Below are positions 1-8,240 of a stretch of 20,000 bases of DNA, piece by piece. The notes under the pieces are model-generated. The model was not told the origin of the DNA, searched no databases, and saw only the letters and a program-made list of their open reading frames with translations. Source of the stretch: an uncultured virus (IMG/VR IMGVR_UViG_3300024059_000003) (lineage: Duplodnaviria > Heunggongvirae > Uroviricota > Caudoviricetes); IMG/VR virus record IMGVR_UViG_3300024059_000003, positions 56,269 through 76,268 of that record; one strand, 5' to 3'. Numbering within the stretch: position 1 is the first letter of the stretch; every line of letters begins with the position of its first letter. Position numbers and translations under genes: made by a program.

Positions 1-678
1 CATTCTGTCATATTCAAATGGGAATGCAGCGATATCACATGGTTGACCATATTGTGTTAATGGTTTTCCGTGGATTCTAAGTTTAGTTCCACCTACATTT
101 TCAAAAGTATAGAAACTGCTGAAAGAAATATTGTCTGGATTGTTACCAGGAGCTTTCTTGTTAAAAGCAGCAATAAGTGAATTGATTAATGCATTAGTGT
201 CAACATCAGTACATACATCACCACCACACTCACAACATGGAGCTTGGACAGTTACCGAACGTGTAAATCCGTTGAAGTATAACGTATTAATATAATTTGA
301 AAAAGCTCTAAGCGTTACAGTTAGTATTTCACCACATTGTACTTTGAAGTCTGTGATGTCAGTAATCTGATTAGCTGCAGTTGCACAACCAGAAACTTTA
401 TACCATTCTGTTACGTTAGAGTTACAAGATGCACCAGCTGTTGGGCATCCTTTAATTTTGTCAGATCTTTTAGATCCTTGCAAATAAGTATTTGCTCTAC
501 CTTGTGCGACATAGAAATATGGTGAAGCAGCAATATCTGAAGCATCAACTGCTGCATATGTATTGCTAAAAAAACCAACTTCACCAGCGGTCAAGTCTTG
601 GGTAGATTTCGAACCAGAGCTAGGTATTGTAGAACCTACTGGCACCACGAATAACGTGGTTAATGCGAATGTACTCAT
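1..678 (-). CDS. Virion structural protein of the crAss-like capsid block (possibly an auxiliary capsid protein); truncated by the window edge
   Basis: Not in the ORF track. ATG at 678-676, frame open to position 1 (226 codons): MSTFALTTLFVVPVGSTIPSSGSKSTQDLTAGEVGFFSN...APCCECGGDVC...FEYDRM. It is the third gene downstream of the capsid gene; the function is inferred from gene order. Confidence 0.7.
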   Translation of the reverse strand, partial: MSTFALTTLFVVPVGSTIPSSGSKSTQDLTAGEVGFFSNTYAAVDASDIAASPYFYVAQGRANTYLQGSKRSDKIKGCPTAGASCNSNVTEWYKVSGCATAANQITDITDFKVQCGEILTVTLRAFSNYINTLYFNGFTRSVTVQAPCCECGGDVCTDVDTNALINSLIAAFNKKAPGNNPDNISFSSFYTFENVGGTKLRIHGKPLTQYGQPCDIAAFPFEYDRM

Positions 679-706
679 AATTTAATTTATATTTAAGGGT
701 TAATAA

Positions 707-1438
707 TTATTCATTTGTTTGAATTCTAAATTGTGCACTTTGTACAGCAGCAGCATTCTCTGTGTACATAGCTAGATTCTGAACTGTTAAATCTACAACT
801 TCATCCTCTAGATATTCTTCTAGTTCACAATTTACGTCTGTAGATGGTGTACCATCTAACATAATATATCCTGATTTATTTATATATACAGGATATCTCA
901 TATACATTATATATATCATTGTGGGGGTAAATGTACCGTCCGTATAGACACTTAGACTATTAGAAGACAATGAATTCATTGTTTCCTGATACTCAAAGCT
1001 TGGTTTATAATGATCATTGTTAAGTAATAAGGAGATGTCTCCATGTTTACTTAGATCTTTATTAATCCAAATCTTACGATCTTTGCATCTTCCTTTATCA
1101 GCTAGCAAATAACTATCTACATAGAACATGTATTTAGGCTTGAGTTGTGTAAGGTCAGCATCCCACTGATGTAATTGTGTATTAGTTTCTACTAATTGTA
1201 ATGGTTGATTTGTAAAATCTACAACCAAGTTTTGTAAATCCTCATACCTTTTTTTAAACGCATCAAAACCTAACCTGTTAGGAATTGGAAAACCATCAAC
1301 TTTTTGTTTTATCAACTTAATCTGAGCTTCATTCAAACTCAAGATTTTGTCTTCTAGTGCAATTTGTTGATGCTCGTTAGTTGATAGTTTATTTAGTTTT
1401 TGATCAATCTTATATAATAAACTATCGACTGGTATCAT
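707..1438 (-). CDS. Conserved crAss-like structural-block protein (possible head-tail ring/adaptor protein)
   Basis: 243-aa ORF two genes downstream of the capsid gene, with motifs LNEAQ..LIK, YIMYMRYP and CELEEYLEDEVVDLTV that resemble ring/adaptor proteins. Assignment from memory and gene order. Confidence 0.6.
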   Translation of the reverse strand: MIPVDSLLYKIDQKLNKLSTNEHQQIALEDKILSLNEAQIKLIKQKVDGFPIPNRLGFDAFKKRYEDLQNLVVDFTNQPLQLVETNTQLHQWDADLTQLKPKYMFYVDSYLLADKGRCKDRKIWINKDLSKHGDISLLLNNDHYKPSFEYQETMNSLSSNSLSVYTDGTFTPTMIYIMYMRYPVYINKSGYIMLDGTPSTDVNCELEEYLEDEVVDLTVQNLAMYTENAAAVQSAQFRIQTNE

Positions 1439-1444
1439 ATTTAA

Positions 1445-1464
1445 CTAGTTTTATAAAAAACTAG
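1445..1464 (-). promoter_or_regulatory. Short hairpin filling the 30-nt intergenic spacer
   Basis: CTAGTTTT (1445-1452) pairs with AAAACTAG (1457-1464) around a 4-nt loop, directly upstream of the ATG at 1438. There is no U-tract, so it is not a clear terminator. Confidence 0.35.
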
Positions 1465-1468
1465 CTAC

Positions 1469-2437
1469 TTATACTGCAGCTAGTTTCTTAGATTTTAATT
1501 TCTTTTCGAGTACTAGTAAGTCATCTTGGTGATCTTCATCAATTAGATACTTAACTAATTCATCTTCATCCATTGCTACTTCATACTCTCCTTCGTATAT
1601 CTTACCGCTCGGTTTGATTCTATAGATAGAATGTTGAATAGCTTGTTTAACTAAATCTTTAATATGTAGTAAATTATCTTTCATGTCTGCAAATCTGCCA
1701 AACACTTCTACAGGATTTAATCCTTTGAAAGAACCACTTTTAACTTCAGATTGTTTTAACATGTTATCAACTAAATTATAAACAACTTCCTCTTTGGAAT
1801 CTGATGTAACTGGTAATCCGAGTAGTCTTGCAACTTTTCTCTTCTTCTCCATACTCATGCCATCGAACTTAATGATAGCTTTATTAATTTGTTGTTTCTT
1901 TTTATAAACTATTTGACTTTCAATCTCATCATTTACAACATAAAACTGTGTATCTGCTGGAAACTCACCTCTTTCCCATGCTTGGTAAGAAGATGCAATA
2001 GTTGGATGCACTCTTAACCATGAAAAAGAAAGTTCTTGAATAGGTACAGTTAAATCGTAAAGATTATCTCCATCTAAAAGTTTAATTGCTTTTACATGTA
2101 AGAGATCTTGTGATCCACTTGATAGTCCGTAGTTCCAAAACTTTGATCTTGGTCCTAAATCTATATCTCCTAGAGCAGCTTGAAGTTTATCTTTAAGCTC
2201 AGTAACTCTCTCTATCTCCAGTTCTTTTTCAAGAGGATCTTGAATCCTTTTAATATACCCAGCTTCAGGATCTAAACCTGTTCGGTACTTACCATCTAAT
2301 TCCTTGTAAGGGTACTTAAATACCCCTGTTCCAGGAATCCTTGTCATACCTTGTTTAGATAGACCACTTTGAAGGGTCTGTAGTTGACTGCTATTATACT
2401 CTTTCTTAATCGTAGAGATTTTTCCTAATTTACCCAT
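1469..2437 (-). CDS. Conserved crAss-like protein encoded immediately downstream of the major capsid gene
   Basis: 322-aa charged, helical-looking ORF. Its position matches the conserved gene following the capsid gene in Crassvirales. Function unknown. Confidence 0.65.
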   Translation of the reverse strand: MGKLGKISTIKKEYNSSQLQTLQSGLSKQGMTRIPGTGVFKYPYKELDGKYRTGLDPEAGYIKRIQDPLEKELEIERVTELKDKLQAALGDIDLGPRSKFWNYGLSSGSQDLLHVKAIKLLDGDNLYDLTVPIQELSFSWLRVHPTIASSYQAWERGEFPADTQFYVVNDEIESQIVYKKKQQINKAIIKFDGMSMEKKRKVARLLGLPVTSDSKEEVVYNLVDNMLKQSEVKSGSFKGLNPVEVFGRFADMKDNLLHIKDLVKQAIQHSIYRIKPSGKIYEGEYEVAMDEDELVKYLIDEDHQDDLLVLEKKLKSKKLAAV

Positions 2438-2482
2438 AATGTAGTTTAATTAATTATTCTTTTTGGTTTTATTTTACTTAGT

Positions 2483-2619
2483 AGAGTGATCCAATTGAAT
2501 GGGTAGAAACTTAATTCGTCACTCTGATTGAGAAGCCTGTCCCCTCTGAGGAGGGACAGTGTGGGTGAGGGGACTACTTCTCTGTGAAGGGTGAGTATTA
2601 CGCTAGCAATAAGTCACCT
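2483..2619 (-). promoter_or_regulatory. Structured intergenic RNA (three stem-loops) after the capsid stop codon
   Basis: Pairings: AGAGTGA 2483-2489 / TCACTCT 2519-2525; GAGAAG 2530-2535 / CTTCTC 2577-2582; GTCCCCTC 2539-2546 / GAGGGGAC 2567-2574; GGTGA 2590-2594 / TCACC 2614-2618. It is a GC-rich island in an AT-rich spacer. Confidence 0.6.
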
Positions 2620-2628
2620 ATTCTGTTT

Positions 2629-4194
2629 TTAGAACTGTGGAATTTCTTCAATAAGTACAGTTCTTGATAAATCCTCGATAAATACATCGCATCTATCTTT
2701 CATCCAGATTTCGTATCCTGGGAATTTATTAGCAGACTGCATTCCTTGAGACTTAGCAAAGCCTAGGTGGGAACGAGTTCCGTCAATATAACCCCAAGTC
2801 ATAGAAGGAGCACCCTTCATACGAACTTCTCGGATGTTGTTTACCATTGCACCATCAGATAGTGGAGAAACATCAAACACCATAAATACTGGAGTAGATT
2901 TCATGTTTTGTCCAAACTCTAAATTAGTTTGTGGTAAATCAAGTTCTTTCAAGTGAATTAATTCAACTCGACCTGTCTCTCTTGTAACCATTGCATCAAA
3001 TGCAAAGTTATAAGTGATATTTTGTCCTTCTCCTTGCATGTATCTGTTTCCAGAATCTGCAACGAAAGTAAGACCTGAATTAAGTGCATCGTCTTTAAGA
3101 GCTTGTTGGAATACATCGAATCCAGCCTCATTAGTATACATCTTAACTCGTCTATCTTTAACATCCACTCGTCTATAGAACAAGTCTCCAAATACTGAAC
3201 GAATCAGGTTTGCAGAGAACTCACCTCTATTGTATTGTACTAAGTTTCCGTTATTTCTCATTCTGTGGTATACACCAGCAGAAGTTCTTTTTAAGTTTTG
3301 TTGTGAACCATTAGTTTTAACAGTACCTGGAGAAGCCCAGATCATTCTTTTAACTTTTAGTTCTAGCATAGACTTACGCATCCAGAACTCAATAAATGGC
3401 TCCCACTTAACATCTTCTCTTCTTAAAGGAAGTTGATTACGTCTTTGTGGAGCATATACTAAGATATCTAGTGGCTTACCAGCAGAATCACGCAACATTT
3501 TGTCATCAGCCCATTCTGTAATTTTGTGCTCATATCCATATGCAGAACCTAGTGATTCAAACATAGTGATTTCTTCACCTAATTTAGGAAGGCCTAATAG
3601 ATCTTGATCAAATTCACCGATAGCAGCATCTACTAATTCTAATTCAACACCTTGTGTTAAGAATGTAGGATTAACAAAGTCTACAATTGGATTATCACTT
3701 ACTAGTGTGAATTTGTAAATCCATCCCATGTTCCATGGTTGTGGATCTTTAATTACGTAGAAACGTGGTCCATATTGACGTGTTCCTACAGAGATGATAG
3801 CATTCTTGGAGAATTCGTTAGAACTTAAGATAAGCTCAAACTCTTGTCCATCAACACCAACTTTACCTCCAGCATCAATCACATCTTGTGTAGATTTTGG
3901 AATGTCAATAATTTTAGGGAATTTGTAAGGAACTGCGATATTCCATTTCCATGCATCGCTGTTATTATCAATAAAGTAAGGTGTACTCTTATTGATCATG
4001 TCTAGAAAATCATTGCTATACAATGAAGATTGAGTATACAGACTGATAATCTTTTTATCATAGTCTGCAGGCTCAGTAGAGTGAAAAGACTCTAGGTGGT
4101 TTGCATCTGTAAGTTTACCTACAGCACGTGCGTCCATAGACGCTACACGAGCATAAGTAAAACCAGTTAAACCTGGGATTGTTTGAATTGCCAT
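2629..4194 (-). CDS. Major capsid protein (crAss-like, HK97 fold)
   Basis: 521 aa, located after portal and scaffold-like genes. The N-terminal LTDANHL segment, the TSAGVYHRM segment and KMYTNEAGFDVFQQALK resemble crAss-like major capsid proteins. Confidence 0.85.
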   Translation of the reverse strand: MAIQTIPGLTGFTYARVASMDARAVGKLTDANHLESFHSTEPADYDKKIISLYTQSSLYSNDFLDMINKSTPYFIDNNSDAWKWNIAVPYKFPKIIDIPKSTQDVIDAGGKVGVDGQEFELILSSNEFSKNAIISVGTRQYGPRFYVIKDPQPWNMGWIYKFTLVSDNPIVDFVNPTFLTQGVELELVDAAIGEFDQDLLGLPKLGEEITMFESLGSAYGYEHKITEWADDKMLRDSAGKPLDILVYAPQRRNQLPLRREDVKWEPFIEFWMRKSMLELKVKRMIWASPGTVKTNGSQQNLKRTSAGVYHRMRNNGNLVQYNRGEFSANLIRSVFGDLFYRRVDVKDRRVKMYTNEAGFDVFQQALKDDALNSGLTFVADSGNRYMQGEGQNITYNFAFDAMVTRETGRVELIHLKELDLPQTNLEFGQNMKSTPVFMVFDVSPLSDGAMVNNIREVRMKGAPSMTWGYIDGTRSHLGFAKSQGMQSANKFPGYEIWMKDRCDVFIEDLSRTVLIEEIPQF

Positions 4195-4224
4195 TTTTAT
4201 TTGTTTTTTATTATTAATTTAAAT

Positions 4225-5502
4225 TTACAAGAACCATGAATTAGGTTTCTTATTGTTACTACTTTGTTTTTGAGAAGCAACAGTTTTAGCTTTTGTAACT
4301 TGTCTTGCAACTTCTCCAAATAACTGGTTAGACTTTTTAGTCACACCTGCTCTTTGTATCGTAGATAACGTTGGATCTTTTTCTAACACCTTTAGTAGTA
4401 ATCCCACTTTTACTTTTAATTCATGATTCTCTGGTCTTTTCAAATCTAAGATAGAACGATCAAAATCTGTTAGGGTATCTCCACTTGGTGTTTTCCATTT
4501 ATCCACTAGTAAGAAGTCTTGTAGTTCGTTTGCTAAATTAGAGTTGATAGGTATACCATCGAACTCTTTTTCTTTTACTTTATCTGAAAGTATAGTCTGA
4601 ACATTAGTAACATACTCTTGCTTAATAGCATTTTTTGTTTGTAACTCTTGTTGAGACTGTGCCTCTAGTTGTTGAAGCTTTTTAGCTTCCTTTTTTACTA
4701 GTACCTTATGGTGTCTAGTTGATACGGATTCTAGATCACCGTAATTTTGTAATCTTTCAATTTCTTTATCTATGTCTTCTGTTTCGAACCCTTGATCAGA
4801 AAGTGCTTGTTTCATCACTTGTTTTTGATTGTTTTCTTTGCTCAAGTCCATTTCAGAAAAGTTAACAATATTATTGTAAGTTCCGAAATATTCTTTTGGG
4901 TTTACACCTTTTACAAAGATTGATTCAAACGCTTGTTGATAATCTTCACCAAATTGACCTATGAATTGTTGAACTAAATCTTGTGCTCCCTTTTTCTTTT
5001 CAGATTCAAAACGAGCTAAGAAGTCTTCTGGTGATTCTATGTTTACCTCTTCATCTTCTTCCTTGTTAAATACTCCTAGTTCAAATAGGTCATTTGCTAA
5101 AGCTTCAAAATTAGGGGCAGTTGCATCAGATTCGTCATCTTCCACCTTATCTAGAACATCAGGTTCTGGTTCAACCACTGGAGTTTCCTCTGTAGTTATT
5201 TCTTCCTCTTCTGTATCCGGAATATCACTTAAGAAGTCAGCAATTAGAGATTCTCCAGTTTGCTTTTCTTCTTCAGTCTTTCCGTGTACACTTTTAGGAG
5301 GAACAATATCTTTACCTTTGGGAGCTGTCTTTTCAGGGACAGCATCTTCTACCTCTTTGACTATTGGCTCTACTGCTTCTGGATCTGCTTGAGCAGTCTC
5401 AGGAGCTAATAAATCGTTTAGTAACTGGGTATCACCAGCTCCACCAACAGACATGGTATCTTGTATGCCAAAGTTACCTTGTGCTTGCATATTATCAGAC
5501 AT
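4225..5502 (-). CDS. Acidic protein between portal and capsid genes (putative scaffolding protein)
   Basis: 425 aa with a very D/E-rich, low-complexity N-terminal half, a coiled-coil-like middle and a basic C-terminus. This is the usual scaffold position. Confidence 0.6.
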   Translation of the reverse strand: MSDNMQAQGNFGIQDTMSVGGAGDTQLLNDLLAPETAQADPEAVEPIVKEVEDAVPEKTAPKGKDIVPPKSVHGKTEEEKQTGESLIADFLSDIPDTEEEEITTEETPVVEPEPDVLDKVEDDESDATAPNFEALANDLFELGVFNKEEDEEVNIESPEDFLARFESEKKKGAQDLVQQFIGQFGEDYQQAFESIFVKGVNPKEYFGTYNNIVNFSEMDLSKENNQKQVMKQALSDQGFETEDIDKEIERLQNYGDLESVSTRHHKVLVKKEAKKLQQLEAQSQQELQTKNAIKQEYVTNVQTILSDKVKEKEFDGIPINSNLANELQDFLLVDKWKTPSGDTLTDFDRSILDLKRPENHELKVKVGLLLKVLEKDPTLSTIQRAGVTKKSNQLFGEVARQVTKAKTVASQKQSSNNKKPNSWFL

Positions 5503-5549
5503 ATGTAGTTATTTTTATTATAAATTGGTTTTACTTCCGTATTTTACTG

Positions 5550-5580
5550 TAAATTTAATTCAGTCAGTTCGAATTACAAA
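5550..5580 (-). promoter_or_regulatory. Putative Bacteroidota-type promoter for the scaffold-capsid genes
   Basis: Minus strand reads TTTG (5580-5577), 19 nt, TAAATTTA (5557-5550). This is one mismatch from the TTTG-N19..21-TAnnTTTG consensus, about 48 nt upstream of the ATG at 5502. Confidence 0.5.
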
Positions 5581-5657
5581 ACTTTATTTATCTATTTTTG
5601 TAAATTCTTGAAATAATATAGCATTAATATTTTCTCTTCTATAATGAAGATAATTAT

Positions 5658-8240
5658 TTAGCTTTTCTTTCTTCCTTTTGCGTTCTCTTTTGCTACAGCT
5701 AGATCATTTGCTTGATTGTCACGAGCTAGTTTTATTTTGTCTCGTTCAAGTTGTAGTTTCTGCTGTGATAAAGAGTTTCTATTGTTAATCTCTGCCATCT
5801 TTCCTTCAAACTCTTTATTTGCTTTGTTTGTTTCTGCTGACAGTTTAGATAGTTCTATTATATCAGGAGCACCTGAGTTATCAATGTCAGCCCCTACACC
5901 TTGTGGATCTTTAGCCATAGCATTAATAAGAGCTATCTCTTTTTTATTAACTCTATCAAGTTCATTTTGTCTATCTGCATTAGCTTGATCTTGCAACTTC
6001 ATTTGGGCAGCTTGTTGTAATGCAGCCTGGGCTTGTTGTTGTTGAGCCTCTTGCTGTTGTTGCTGCAATTGAAGTTGTTGTTGTTGTTGAGCATCCATCT
6101 TATCTCTGAGATCCTTAAATGTTTTCTTCATCTCTCTCATTGATTTGGTGCTGTATAATTCTATTACATCATAAAGCGTACCACCGTTTTGAATAACTGC
6201 TTGTGATAATTGTCTAAGCTCATTAAACATTTGAGTGTCTTCAGGTCTATTAGTTAAGAATACTTGAAGATCACGTAATGATAGGTCTGTACCGTTAACT
6301 TGCACAAATGCAGACTCACCTTCATTAGTTATATATGATAATGTAGATTGTGGTTTCTGACTTTCTATATATAGAGCTGAATCTACAATTGCTTGATATA
6401 ATTGTCCTGTTACATACTCATGAGCAACGAATAGAGGCTCTGTCTGAGAGTAACTCTGTTGCATTGCTGTGTTTGTAGCTGTAGCTGTTTCTGATGCAGC
6501 TATAGATCCCATACGTTGTTTTGACATACCAATGAGCTCCCAACATTCTACTTTCATTTGTTGTGCTAGGGTATATCTTGATTGTATTTCCTGTGTACGT
6601 GTAAGATCTAGTGATGTGAACTGGTTAAATGAACTTGGAGCTTTTAAGTTCTCTGGACTATCATCTACAAATACTACACCCCTATTTCTTGCTTCCATTT
6701 CCCACATCTCTAATGCATCTTGTGAGTCTCCATCTTTAGGAATAGGAATGTGGCGTAAAGACATAAGCTGAACTTTACCCATCTCCTTCTCTAGTAACTT
6801 ATATAATTGATTCATGCAAACATTATAGATAACCTGAAAAGGTTTCATTAAGTCTACTAAAGATTTAGCTTCTGTATTCTTCTGCTCATAAACTGTACCT
6901 ATAATAGGACAGTAGTCTAGTAGTTTATAAGGTTTAACATGATAGATGTCTGCACCTATTTTAATTCCTTGATACCATTGATTTACCCATCCCCACTCTA
7001 GTGAGATTTGTGTAGGCATCATACCATTCTTGTAATTTTCATCTACAAGTGTAGATTGTTCATTACCTAGTTCGTCTAAATATATAAGTCTACCAATTTT
7101 CTTTTTAGAAACCCAATAGCTTCTGAGAACTACATACTTGTATCCAAACGCTGACACATTATTAGTTAGACCTAAAAAGTCTCTCAACCCATCATCGTTC
7201 TCCTTCATTTCAGACTCTATAATCATACGTGTCTGTAATACTAAAGGATCATAAGTATCGTAAGTAATAGAATCAGCACCTGGTGTAACATCTGGATTAG
7301 TAAGGTTAGATTCTGAAACATTTAACAGTCCATAGTTTTCAAGAGATGATCTTAAGTGATCAATCTCTTCTTTAGTTAGTTCTGGAACTGCTTCAATTAT
7401 TTCTGATAGCTCCATTACTTCTACTGTACCTGCAGCATATGCTCCTTGTTTTCTACCTGTAGGATCAGATATATACTTCTTATTGGGTGTAGTTAAATAC
7501 CAAGTATTTCTAGGATTACATACTTCTATGTTATATCCTGCCTTAGAGTTATCTTCATAAATGTGATAGAATTGACGTGCAGATATTAGAAGGTCTCTAA
7601 ATGCTTCCTCTGACTTTTCTTTCATATTAAAGTCTGCTTTCTGTGCAGTAAGGACATGGTTGGCCCACTTTTCTGCTACAGAGGTGTAACTATCAAGTTG
7701 ATCTTTTACTTGATCAAATGTAAGTTTCTCTAAATCTTCTTGACTTATTTCTTCTCCAGCAATGGATGCTTTTTGAACAACTTGTTCTTTTACTTTTCCT
7801 ACAACATACGCTTTTAATGTGTCTGTTTTAAATTGTAGCTCCTGAGCTTGACTGTCATCATCAAATGCCTTCACTCTAAATGAATCAGGACGTTTTGATA
7901 TCTCACCTACAAGTTCGTTTACTGGAGTAGTTACAATAGAATACATCTTTACATAAGCAGGTAAGTCTGCATCTGAAACTAATTGATCTGTAAAACTTCT
8001 TACTTCTGGCTCCTGATAAAAATCTTCTCTACGAAGAATTCCTTTCATTAGATCATAGTTCTTTACAAACGTATCCCTATTTCTTATATACATTGCATAT
8101 GCTTGATTTGCAAAGTAGTCCATTGTGTTCTTAACCCAACTGTCATCTTGTTTCTGCTTCTCAGTTTTAAACTGATCAGGAAATATATTTAAGTACGCAT
8201 ACTTAACTGTTGAATCGTTTGAATATCTTATAATTGCCAT
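5658..8240 (-). CDS. Portal protein
   Basis: 860 aa directly downstream of terL with a TAATG overlap at 8240. It has portal-like motifs (SLVDLMKPFQVIYN, ELIGMSKQRMGSI..SETAT) and a long Q-rich helical C-terminus. Confidence 0.88.
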   Translation of the reverse strand: MAIIRYSNDSTVKYAYLNIFPDQFKTEKQKQDDSWVKNTMDYFANQAYAMYIRNRDTFVKNYDLMKGILRREDFYQEPEVRSFTDQLVSDADLPAYVKMYSIVTTPVNELVGEISKRPDSFRVKAFDDDSQAQELQFKTDTLKAYVVGKVKEQVVQKASIAGEEISQEDLEKLTFDQVKDQLDSYTSVAEKWANHVLTAQKADFNMKEKSEEAFRDLLISARQFYHIYEDNSKAGYNIEVCNPRNTWYLTTPNKKYISDPTGRKQGAYAAGTVEVMELSEIIEAVPELTKEEIDHLRSSLENYGLLNVSESNLTNPDVTPGADSITYDTYDPLVLQTRMIIESEMKENDDGLRDFLGLTNNVSAFGYKYVVLRSYWVSKKKIGRLIYLDELGNEQSTLVDENYKNGMMPTQISLEWGWVNQWYQGIKIGADIYHVKPYKLLDYCPIIGTVYEQKNTEAKSLVDLMKPFQVIYNVCMNQLYKLLEKEMGKVQLMSLRHIPIPKDGDSQDALEMWEMEARNRGVVFVDDSPENLKAPSSFNQFTSLDLTRTQEIQSRYTLAQQMKVECWELIGMSKQRMGSIAASETATATNTAMQQSYSQTEPLFVAHEYVTGQLYQAIVDSALYIESQKPQSTLSYITNEGESAFVQVNGTDLSLRDLQVFLTNRPEDTQMFNELRQLSQAVIQNGGTLYDVIELYSTKSMREMKKTFKDLRDKMDAQQQQQLQLQQQQQEAQQQQAQAALQQAAQMKLQDQANADRQNELDRVNKKEIALINAMAKDPQGVGADIDNSGAPDIIELSKLSAETNKANKEFEGKMAEINNRNSLSQQKLQLERDKIKLARDNQANDLAVAKENAKGRKKS

